Source: Octopus bimaculoides
Lineage: Eukaryota
Direction of reading: 5' to 3'
DNA length: 48,312 bases
NCBI RefSeq assembly: GCF_001194135.2
Contig: NC_068982.1
Location: 40,483,066-40,531,377, forward strand
A program made the position numbers and the translations under genes. Below are positions 36,621 through 48,312 of this stretch, piece by piece. Within the stretch, counting starts at the first letter, position 1. Every line of letters begins with the position of its first letter. Below the pieces are notes generated by a model, which was not told the origin of the DNA, did no database searches, and saw nothing but the letters and a program-made list of their open reading frames with translations.

Positions 36621-37075
36621 GGACAGCGAAGTGACAGAATCGTCTGCACAACGGACAAAACACTTAGCGGCATTTCGTCCGTCTTTACGTTCTGAGTTCA
36701 AATTCCGCCGTGGTCGGCTTTGTCTTTCGGAGTCGATAAAATAAGTACCGGTTGAGCACTGGGATGGATGGAATCGGCTATCCCCGTGCCACAATATTTC
36801 AGGCCTTGTGCCTATAGTAGCAAGGATTATCCACATAGGGTTAAGCCCGAGAGCTGGCAGAGTCGTTACGGTGCTGGACAAAATACTTAGCAGCATTTCT
36901 TCTGACTCTTTACGACCTGAGTTCAAAATTCACTGAGGTCGACTTTGCTTTTCATTCTTTCGGGCTCAATAAAATAAGTACCAGTGGAGCGCTGGAGTCG
37001 GTGTTATCGACTTACGCACTCCTCAAAAATTCCTCTAAAATTCCAGGCCATGTACCAAAATCTGAAACCATTATT
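36621..37075 (+). mobile_element. Two tandem SINE family B copies (36621-36825, 36848-37075)
   Basis: Each has cagaatcgt/cagagtcgtt...cttagc.gcattt...gagttcaaa.tt...gtcgataaaataagtacc/aataaaataagtacc...ggcc.tgt.cc. Confidence 0.9.
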
Positions 37076-38088
37076 AAACAAAGGGCTGGTGCCTGATAAA
37101 GTGATGGAAGTAAATTAATTTGCTGCCAGTGAAAGACTGTAACAAATCATTACTGGAATAAGTAGACTCTCCAATCCAAATCATAGTTATAGAATTTCTT
37201 GAAAGACGTTTGGCGCTTCATTTAGAATTTTAGATGGACTCCCATTTGTCTGTGAACTTCCACACAAAGGTAGAATAACAGAAGTTCAGAAATGTATAAT
37301 GCTCGGCAAAGAAATAACGAGCGGTGTATAATAAGAAATAGAAAATGAAAGAAGACTGTGTTTCAGAAAATGCACAATAGAACTCTAGAAGTTACCATGA
37401 GAGCTTTGGGAACATTATTCACTTCAGATGAACACGTCATACCATGAATAGAAAGTATATTCGATTAGATTTGGAGATAAATTTAGTTCTTTAATTGGTT
37501 TAAATGCTTGAGTTTCAAGCTATGTAAGAAGGCAAGTCAGCAATCATGTTATACTGTCACATGAGAAATAAAATTTCATTTGGACATACAAAAGTAGTAT
37601 TATTGACAGGAGACAAAAACTTAAAATGTTACACATGTAGTGACCATAAACACTGAAAGGCTCTCTGCCGGAAAAAAAGATCATCAAAAACAGTACCAAC
37701 ATCAACAACAGCAGCAACCATAACAGACACATCACGAACACAAAGAACATAACAGCTGTTAAAAAAAATAACAAAAACAAAACAAAAGCAAACTGAGAGT
37801 AGCAACGAATGTAATAAAATTCAAAACGAATGTCATAAAATTCACAAGAACGGCATTAATAACCCAGACAATAAAAACAACGAAGTTGAAATGCTCATGC
37901 TGATGATAACAACATCATCACTGACTTAATTTTAAGGGCAATCACCAAACAAAATAGGGATAACACAATAATGAAAGAAAAAGGAAGTGAATATTAACAT
38001 TGGTTTCTCAAAGGCAGCTTCCTTTTTGCAACAGTCAAAATCTCATCATTCAGCAATCATCCAGAGGGACAGATCTAAGGAGGTATTG

Positions 38089-38346
38089 TCTTTTATCTTT
38101 TATTTGTTTCAGTCATTAGACAGCGACCATGCTGGGGCAGCGCCTTGAATACTTTGGGGGGGGGGGTCGGATGCATTGAGCCCAGTACTTACTTTTTAAA
38201 ACTTGGAACTTATTCTATCAGTAACTTTTGCTGAGCGGTTAAGTTACGGGCGTGAACACACCAGCACCGGTTGTCAAGCGGAGGGGGGAAATAAACGCAG
38301 ACACACACACACACACACACAGAGGCAGGCAGACAGACAGATAGAC

Positions 38347-38427
<81 letters not shown>

Positions 38428-38583
38428 TAGGTTGTGTGGTAAATAGCTTGCTTATCAACCACATGGTTCCAGATTCAAACCCACTGCATGGCACTTTGGG
38501 CAGGTGTCTTCTACTATAGCCTCGGACCGACCAAAACCATGTGAGTGGATTTGGTAGACGGAAACTGAAAGAAGCCTGTCGTA

Positions 38584-38614
<31 letters not shown>

Positions 38615-39027
38615 TTGTTTGTGTGTCTGTGTTTGTCCCTCCCCCAACATCGCTTGACAACCGATGCTGGTATGTTTAGACCCCTGTAACTTAGCAGCTC
38701 GGCAAAAAAAAAACGATAGAATAAGTACTAGGCTTACAAAGAATAAGTTCTGGGGTCAATTTACTCGAGTAAAGACGGTGCTCCAGCATGACTGAAGTCA
38801 AATGACTGAAACAAATAAAAAATAAAAGAACGTATATATATATATATATATATACGTCGTGCTTCTTTCAGTTTCCGTCTACCAAATCCACTCACGAGCT
38901 TTTGTAGAAGACATTTACCCGAGGCTATAGTAGAAGACACTTGCACTAGGAGCTACACAGTTGGATTGAACTCCGAACCATGTGGTTGCGAATTGTAAGC
39001 TTCTTACAACACAGCCACACCTGCGCC
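38089..39027. mobile_element. Nested SINE family A: plus copy (38429-38830) inside a minus copy (38089-38320 + 38855-39027)
   Basis: The two minus halves are non-overlapping and together form one element. The plus copy and (GATA)n sit in its central microsatellite. Confidence 0.85.
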
Positions 39028-39107
39028 AGATACGATTGATTTCGAGAAAAATAAAAATATCACTGTCTCTAAAACAAGCGATTGGGTCTGTGAAATCTTT
39101 CTAATGC

Positions 39108-39780
39108 AGGCACAAGGCCAGAAATTTGGTGAGAAGGGAAAGTCGATTACATCGGACCCAATACTTAACTGCAACTTACTCTGTCGACTCCGACAAAATG
39201 AAATGCGAATTCAACGTCAGTGAAATTTGAATGCAGAGCATAAAGTTGGAAGAAATGCCAGTAAGCATTTTGTCCGACGTGTTAACGATTCTACCAGCCC
39301 GTTATCTGAAATAATTATTTCTTATTCTGGCACAGGGACAGCGCTTTTGTGGGGATGGATAATCGATTACATGAACCCCAGTACTTGACTGGTATTTATT
39401 TTATCGACTCCGAAACGATAAAAGTTTTGAATTCAGAATGTAAAGCCGGAGAAATGCTGCTAAGCATTTTGTTCAGCGTGACAATGATTCCGCCAGCTCA
39501 CCGCCTCAACAGTAATATCAGTAATGATAATAATAATAATAATAACAATAATCATTTCTATTATAGGCACAAGGCCTGAGTCTTGGGGGAGGAGTTTAGT
39601 CGACTATATCGACCCAGTGTTTGACTGGTACTCAATTTATTGACTCTGAAAGGTTGAAAGGCAAAATCAGCCTCAGCGGAATTTGAGCTCAGAACGTAGC
39701 GACAGGCGAAATACCGCTAAGCATTTCAGCCGGCGCGATAATGATTCTGCCTGCTCGCTGCCTTGATAATAATAATAATA

Positions 39781-39840
<60 letters not shown>

Positions 39841-40391
39841 ACAACAGCAACTACAACACTGGGACATTGTTTGGTTCAGATTTCGATAGAAATAGCAGTT
39901 TGGTTGTTGAGCGAGGTGACACCAACGATTTGACATCTGTATGTGATGCCAGAAATCTTTTAAGTGTTACCGGATATGTATTAGCGCTTGAAGAACTTAT
40001 TTCCAAAAATATTCGTTTCTAATCTAGGCACAAGGCCCGAAATTTTGGGGGAGGGGGGCCAGACGATTAGATCGACTCCAGTACGAAAGGATGAAAGGTA
40101 AAGTCGACCTCGGTGGAATTTTAACTCAGAACGTAGACAGACGAAATACCGCTAAGCATTACGCTTGGCGTGCTAACGTTTCTTATTTCTTTATTGCCCA
40201 TAAGGAGCTAAACATAGAGGGGACAAACAAGGACAGACAAACGGATTAAGTCGATTACATCGACCCCAGTGCGTAACTGGTACTTTATTTATCGACCTCG
40301 AAAGGATGAACGGCAAAGTCGACCTCGGCTGACGAAATACCGCTAAGCATTTCGCCCGGCGCGCTGACGAATCTGCCAGCTCGCCGTCTTG
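39108..40391 (-). mobile_element. Cluster of five SINE family B copies (39108-39305, 39329-39507, 39565-39764, 40025-40182, 40183-40391)
   Basis: Repeated aggcacaaggcc...tcgac.cca...ggaatttga.ctcagaa.gt...gctaagcattt...gccagctc.ccg, all on the minus strand. Confidence 0.88.
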
Positions 40392-40920
40392 AGGTCACAA
40401 AATATAACTATCAAGAGGTGCAGATGTCTATATCTCTTCTAGATAAACCCGAAAAAGAATTTTTTGCACAATTATTGTTTCTCGAAACAACAGATTATAT
40501 AACAGTAGTGAAACATTAGGACTTCATTGATATTTTTTCTTTATTTTTTTAATACTTACCAAAGGATTCAACGGATAATTTGAAGTCTAGAAGACTTATG
40601 AGTAAGTGAGACAATCAGCTTGCTGTGGGTGGTAGCTATAATCAACTTGCGGAGATGGTAGTTATAAGAGAGGCAGAGTCTCTGATAACGTCATATTTTT
40701 TGTCATGTCGGACAAGTTGATAGTTCTAGATACTGACGACAATTATAGCAGTATCGTTTCAATAATGGCCTTTTATGTGCCAATAGATGAAAGTCAAATA
40801 GATCTCTTCAATTGACTGTTCCTGAAGGTATTAAGCTCGTTAATTTTAGCGGAGGACTATAAAGTACCTTTGAGCTTCCAAACTGTAAGATCATACATGA
40901 CTACATTACATTATGACAAC

Positions 40921-41135
40921 AGGGCGGCAAGCTGGCGGAGTTGTTACAACGTCGGACAAAATGCTTAGCAACTTTTCTACTGACTCATCGCATCCGTGTT
41001 CAAATTCCGCTGGAATCAGCTTTGCCTTTCATCCCTTTGGAAAACGATGTAAATATAGTACCAGTCAAGTTATGGGGGTCGGTATAATCGACTATTCTCC
41101 TCCTCCAAAAGCTGCTGGTTTAGTGTCAGGATCGA
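40921..41135 (+). mobile_element. SINE family B
   Basis: agggcggcaagctggcggagttgttac...aaatgcttagc...gttcaaattccgc...tttgcctttcatccctttgg. Confidence 0.88.
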
Positions 41136-41260
41136 AACGACTATATAAGACGAGAACAATCAGGAAGCTTTGTTGTCGCTTCTCACCGTCATTGTCGTCG
41201 TCTTCAGCGGCGGCAGTGTCGCTGCATGGTGGCGTGGTGGTGTGGTGGCGTAGTGGTATA

Positions 41261-41395
41261 GTGGCGTGGTGGCTTGGTGGCGACGTAGTATTGGCGACAG
41301 CGGTGGTGGTTGTGGAGGTTGTTTCGCTTCAGGGTTGCCTTGATCGAGAAGGCTTATGTTCAAAGTCATTCTGGCTGCGACCATTCCATCTTAGA
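41261..41395. repeat. 135-bp direct repeat, copy 1 (copy 2 at 43692-43826)
   Basis: gtggtggcttggtggcg...gacagcggtggtggttgtggagg...gatcgagaag.ctta.gttcaaagtcattctggctgcgaccattccatcttaga. Confidence 0.92.
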
Positions 41396-41639
41396 CATCA
41401 TATAGGATTTCCTTATATTTTTCAGACGGTAGGGGGTATGCATTATTTGAATTATGTATTCGCCGTTATGTCTAGCTTGTAGCGAGACCGCGTAGAGTCT
41501 CTCCATTCGCACATTTCGACGTCTGTATCAAACTACATTGTAAAATGGTATAAACGGACAAAAAGAAATATGGATGTTGTTGTTGTTGTGTTCTTTCTTT
41601 CATCATCATTTATCAACTTGGTTGAAAAAAAAAAACAAC

Positions 41640-41920
41640 CAGCCAGGATTCATTGTACGGGTTGTACTATTTATCCTTTCGATTGCTGAATACAAATCGT
41701 GACTCACCAGACTTCCGTTCGGGTTATTTTCTGGAGTCACTATCTCGCCCTTGTACTCCAATCCGTCGCACGGTCACCCATTTTACGGCTGAGTGGACTG
41801 GAGTAATGCGACATGAAGTATTTTGCTCAAAAACACAACTCGCAACCGGTCTGGGAATCGAAACCACGACCTTGCGATAGTGAATGCAACACCCCTAACC
41901 ACTAGGCCAGACGCCTTTAC
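41640..41920 (-). mobile_element. SINE family C-related copy
   Basis: ctgagtggactggagtaatgcgacatgaagtattttgctcaaaaacacaac...gggaatcgaaacc...cctaaccactaggcca, i.e. a reversed head with A and B boxes. Confidence 0.82.
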
Positions 41921-43006
41921 TTTCTTCAGCAAGACCCTCGTTACTCATTCCTAGCAACAGCAACAACAGCAGCAGAAGCAGTAGTAACTCAATATACAAA
42001 ATCGGTGACAAAACTAATTCTTACATCAAAAGTGATTGCAATACTTTTGCGTTAATATTCTTGTATTGCTTTTTTTTTCCTGGCCTCCTCTGATTTGAAT
42101 TAATATCTATGGGAAGTAATGTGTATTTCAAAGTTGTTGTCATTTAGAATGAGCATTCGTTGATTCATTAGCCAGAAACTGCCGTATGTTCTACATTATA
42201 TTCAAGCAATGTGTTAGGTATAACAACAGTAAGATCAACTAGAAAACAATAAACGGAAAAAAAATCCAATACCGTAACGATTGAACGGCCTACTGCTTTC
42301 AATTACTAAAAAAAAAAATAAAGATTTCTGATAAAATTGGTCTCTAATCTTTGCTCTATCTTTTATCTGTTTAGTTTTTACTATGTTTGACACATGCGCA
42401 CTCACACACACAGATCAACACTGCCTCTTTCTTCCTTCCATCCTTTCTCACTCTCTCTCATTCTCTGTGTCTCTGTCCCCTTTTCTCTTTCTCTCACTTG
42501 CTGTCTTTGTACCTATTTATGCTCCAAATTATAGATCACATGTGTTGCACCAAAGTAACTGCTATTTCACAGAGGGACACACCTTTTGAAGGAGAAAGTC
42601 ATATGTCATGTCTTATACTTTCTACACAAGGACATTTGAAATTACATTGTATTTCCTTTGATTAAGTGTACGCTACGTTTTCAAGAGTTAGAAACATTAG
42701 GAATCTATGTTTTGGGTTTTTTTTTAATCTCCTGACAGCAAAACGACGCAGATTGTACACCCTCAAGCAATGTAAACGAAAAAGGTAAATGTTATTGATT
42801 AGAAAAATAATTCATGCATTGTACTTATGTAAATTAGTGCAGCATGTGAGAAAAAATCGTATTTTATGTTCTGTACTTGTTGGCATAATTTTCTGGGTAT
42901 TTTTCTTGAGCTCGTCTTGAACCATCATCTGAATTGCTATGACAAAGTCATTGCTCACTGCCAGTCTATCCGAGAGCTCACTGTATTTTTCCTGTTCTTA
43001 ATTATT

Positions 43007-43350
43007 GGCCGAGGTGCATGGCTCAGTGGTTATAGCGTCGGAATCACAACCATCAGGTGGTGAGTTCGATTCCTGGACCGGGTTGTGTGTTGCTCTCTTG
43101 AGCAAGACACTTTATTTCACGTTGCTCCAGTTCACTCAGCTGTAGAAATGGGTTACGATGTCATTGGTGCTAAGCTGTATCGGCGATTGCATTTCCCTCG
43201 GATAACATCGGTGGCATGGAGAAGGGAGGCTGATATGCATGGGTAATTGCTGGTCTTCCATAAACAACTTTTCCCTGACTTGTGCCTAGGAGGGTAACTT
43301 TCTAGGTGCAATCCCATGGTCATTCATGACCAAAGGGGGTCGTTACCCTA
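43007..43350 (+). mobile_element. SINE family C, near full length
   Basis: A box TGGCTCAGTGG, B box GAGTTCGATTCC and CORE-like tcttgagcaagacactttatttcacgttgctccagttcactcagctg. Confidence 0.9.
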
Positions 43351-43691
43351 ATTATTGGAATTGATTATATAGTATCAAGTAAGCCAACTACCGAGATGAT
43401 ACTGAAGTACTCTCTATTCCCAACTTTATTTGGCTTCTGTACTAATAAAGTTTGTGAGGAGGTGGCAACGGTAATTAAAGTTTTACGAATATTATGTTGA
43501 AATGACAAATTTGTCGAACATAGTAAAGCAAAATTCCTGGGATGAGTAATTAACTACTCTGTGTTGATCCTCGTAAGCAGCATAGCTGGATGTCAATGTC
43601 TTCGAGTATACTGGGATTCTGTCCATAACGACATTGAGTGTTTCAGTTGATTCAATCGATGAAACAGTCTGCTCGTGAAATGAACGTGCAA

Positions 43692-43826
43692 GTGACGTGG
43701 TGGCTTGGTGGCGTCGTAGTAGTGGTGACAGCGGTGGTGGTTGTGGAGGCTGTTTAGCTTCAGGTTGCCTTTGATCGAGAAGTCTTACGTTCAAAGTCAT
43801 TCTGGCTGCGACCATTCCATCTTAGA
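43692..43826. repeat. 135-bp direct repeat, copy 2
   Basis: See 41261-41395. Confidence 0.92.
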
Positions 43827-43839
43827 ATCTCCACATATA

Positions 43840-44060
43840 CGCGTACCTTTAACGTAGTTGCACAAGGTGATTCAGCGTGACACAGAATGTGACAAACCTG
43901 ACCCTTTGAATTATAGGTATTACTCATTTTTGCTAGCTGGGTGGACTGAAGCAACGAGAAATAAGGTGTCTTGCTCAAGGACACAACGTGCCGCCAGGAA
44001 TCGAACTCATGACCTTATGATCGTGAGCCGAATACCTTAACCACTTAGCCACACATCTTC
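43840..44060 (-). mobile_element. SINE family C
   Basis: ttaacgtagttgcacaaggtgattcagcgtgacacagaatgtgacaa...gtgtcttgctcaaggacacaac...caggaatcgaactc...aaccacttagcca. Reverse complement of the type seen at 10375. Confidence 0.88.
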
Positions 44061-44960
44061 AATGACTTCAAGTGGGTATTTCGAAATCTAGTGATAGTTA
44101 GAGACAGTCATTAGTCAAGCACAAGGTAAGGACAGACTATAAAACTATGTGCCAGCCAAAGAAGAAATTTCTCGATGCGTTTATTCACCTTTTCGCAGCG
44201 AGCCTCTTAAGGAATACTCTTCCTTGTATGATCTATTTCAGTTATAATATGGATCACTGTAGACAACAGAGTATAAATAAGCAAAGAGATCTTGTTTTCC
44301 TTCAAACAGATATCTTATTCCGATGCTTGGAGCAAAGTGAAAATAGAAACACAAGAAACAAGAGATTATGTTAAGCTGGATAACATGTATATATATGACC
44401 CCTTAGTCTGAAGGGTTGTATATCTTCTCGCAATTATATGGAACCTAAAAACTTCTCATTTCAATCTATTGCAAGCTTAACTCCCAGCTACAACTAATTA
44501 TCCCTTTCGTCTGAGAAGAATGAAAAATGATGTACCTTATTGAACGATAAAACGGGCCGCCTAGCCTGAGAATCGAACCCACGAATTTACAACCATAAGC
44601 TAAGGCCCTAACCACCAAGACACATATATGTGTCTGAGCGTGTGTGTTTCTGTTCTGAGAGTGAGTGTGTGTTTTATGTTCCTGCAATCATCGTCTTTAT
44701 TTCTTTGTCATTGATTTTTTATTATTATTCTTTTCAGTCGCAGATTGATAGATTAACTCAGTCCATTTGCCCACTCCCTAACACTCCTAGACCCAACTCC
44801 ATTACTATCATCACAACTAATAGCACAATATAATTATCATAACCAAGTTCATGACTCTCAACACAAAGAGACGGTAGCGGGGGAAGCGATAGAGAGAGAG
44901 GGAAGGAGAAGCAGATAAAGTAATTTCACTATAACCATATTCTGCATCATTATACCCATT

Positions 44961-44991
<31 letters not shown>

Positions 44992-45181
44992 CAACTTGCA
45001 CCGGAATCCGAACTACCAAAGCCACTATCACTATTTAGATGTTCTAGTAAAACTGTTCTTTATCTACAACGATCAACGCTTCAACGTTTTCACTCTTACC
45101 GCAACTGCATCTACTCCACAATTTGCACACGCACTCACACACATACACGCACATACACAAACATGCACACACACACACACA

Positions 45182-45219
<38 letters not shown>

Positions 45220-45949
45220 GACACTCGAGTAATAGCACACATCAGCCTTCGTTTCATCGCCACCGACACACCATCATAGCGTGTTCAGTTATTCAACAGA
45301 TTCTTCGTCACAGTGGTAGTAAATCTCTGCTACCGCCGTTGTTACCTCGCTGTTCTGAAGGTTGTTGAACCTCTTCAGAATATATAAGTAACTATAGCCG
45401 CAAAGTACGACCATATGGTTCGACCAAGTCTAGTTCCCAAGGTTTGTTCCACTCCCTACACTCCAGGTTTTCCACACCCTCCACACATCAGATCGTTATA
45501 TTATAGTCTCTTTATAGCGAATAAGCGAAACAGCATGTATCCTTAGCGCTGTCGAGTTTAGACGGCCGCTTACATCACACATAAGACAGCTTAGTTCTTA
45601 ACAGTTCCTTTTTGGACCTAAAGCAAACGTAAATTATGTGAGAGCTAAAAAGCACTTCGACAGATTCTTCTTATGGAAAATTACTATATGAACAAACAAT
45701 AACATTGCACAGATTCACATACGCCATGCAAATATGAGTATGTGAGGTGTGTGTGTATGTACATATAAGCATGTGTGTATGAGCACAGGTTTTGATGTGC
45801 ATGTGTGTGTGTGTGTGTGTGTAGATTGTTGATCGTCTGTTTGAATAATAAGCATGTTGCTATATATATTGAATATCTGTCAGGGATCGTGTGTGTATAT
45901 GAATGCATAAGATGTTATCTGTCAGTTGCTTTTGTTTGGCTATTTCTAT

Positions 45950-47470
<1,521 letters not shown>

Positions 47471-48114
47471 ACGCATGTACATGCGTGCATACATACACTC
47501 AAATGCGTGTAGTACGTACGAGCATAGTGCCTATAAGCATGCGTGCGCTTGGATGCGCATGTTAGTGCGCACATGCGCATGCATGTGTATGCACGCAATT
47601 GCGCCCATAATATAAATTGGTTTTATTCTTCGTCCATGTATAGGTCGTTAAACCGCGTTACAGAAATCATATAACTTCCAGGGATACTTTCACTTCGCAT
47701 CTCTATGGATGATTTAGTTTTAAGTTTTCTTTTAATGGTATTGCAAGTTTTATCTTTGTCCTCTTTTACTTCTTAACATATTTTTCTTTCCAGAATGTAT
47801 ATCCATAACTTGTAGTCTATGGATTGAACTGTAATTGACACTTGTGGTGTTGATGTAAAATTTAGATATTTACCCTCTCCAAACCACCAACCACCAACAC
47901 TTAAACGCGATGTAAACAAGAGTGCATTTTGTACCAAAAGCCAACATGAGAGTTTCTCTCGGGGTATCTGCAGAAGTATAGTTTGTCCTAACAGAACGTG
48001 TACGTTTAAGTGGGTGATCGTTGTCGTCATTGTTTTCATCGCCATCGTTGTGATGACGATAGCGGGTGGTTAAGTTCGTGAGGATGATTATGAGCTAGAG
48101 AGGATGGGGAAAAG

Positions 48115-48210
48115 AGGACGACGACGACGACGCGACGATGTTGGTTGTGGTAGTGGTGGTGATGGTGGAGGTGGTGGTGGTGGTGGTGGTAGTGGTGGTG
48201 GTGGTGGTGG

Positions 48211-48245
<35 letters not shown>

Positions 48246-48265
48246 ATGCTGATGATGATGATATC
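48115..48265. repeat. (ACG)/(GGT)/(GCT)/(GAT) compound triplet array
   Basis: Directly visible. Confidence 0.92.
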
Positions 48266-48312
48266 ATGGCAATATAAAAGATAATGGCCGTTATAATGGT
48301 CATTGACGACTC

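Noticed and set aside
43007-43080. tRNA-like sequences with A and B boxes (here and at other SINE heads, and 44575-44625)
   Set aside because: No complete cloverleaf or acceptor stem. They continue into SINE bodies.
43492-43690. About 60-codon normal-composition minus frame (RSFHEQTVSSIESTETLNVVMDRIPVYSK...)
   Set aside because: No convincing donor site, no recognisable family, and it begins in a repeat.
45351-45380. CTGAAGA-GGTT-caac-AACC on the minus strand
   Set aside because: It is followed by TTCA rather than GAAA. A simple small hairpin.

Overview
AT-rich, repeat-dense eukaryotic genomic DNA with seven N gaps. The repeat landscape (three abundant tRNA-headed SINE families, very dense microsatellites) resembles an octopus/cephalopod draft assembly; this is an inference. 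No complete protein-coding gene is recognisable. Most ORFs in the supplied track are artefacts of microsatellites or N runs. Supportable features are about 25 SINE copies or fragments, a Tx1/L1-clade RT remnant, two RTE-type LINE 3' ends, a TA-flanked internally deleted DD37D (maT) transposon with both TIRs, and two Penelope-like element (PLE) remnants. Each PLE remnant carries a sense-strand type-I hammerhead ribozyme motif. One is a minimal hammerhead with a palindromic stem III and a 40-nt stem II insert (27327-27405). The other has a compensatory U3-A8 core instead of C3-G8 (19135-19183). The window also contains several fold-back elements (two carrying hammerhead-like half motifs), a near-perfect 146-bp hairpin, a SINE-head/RTE-tail chimera, a nested SINE, and an isolated CpG-rich island. 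A few small splice-site-bounded open frames may be exons of an unidentified large-intron plus-strand gene (low confidence).
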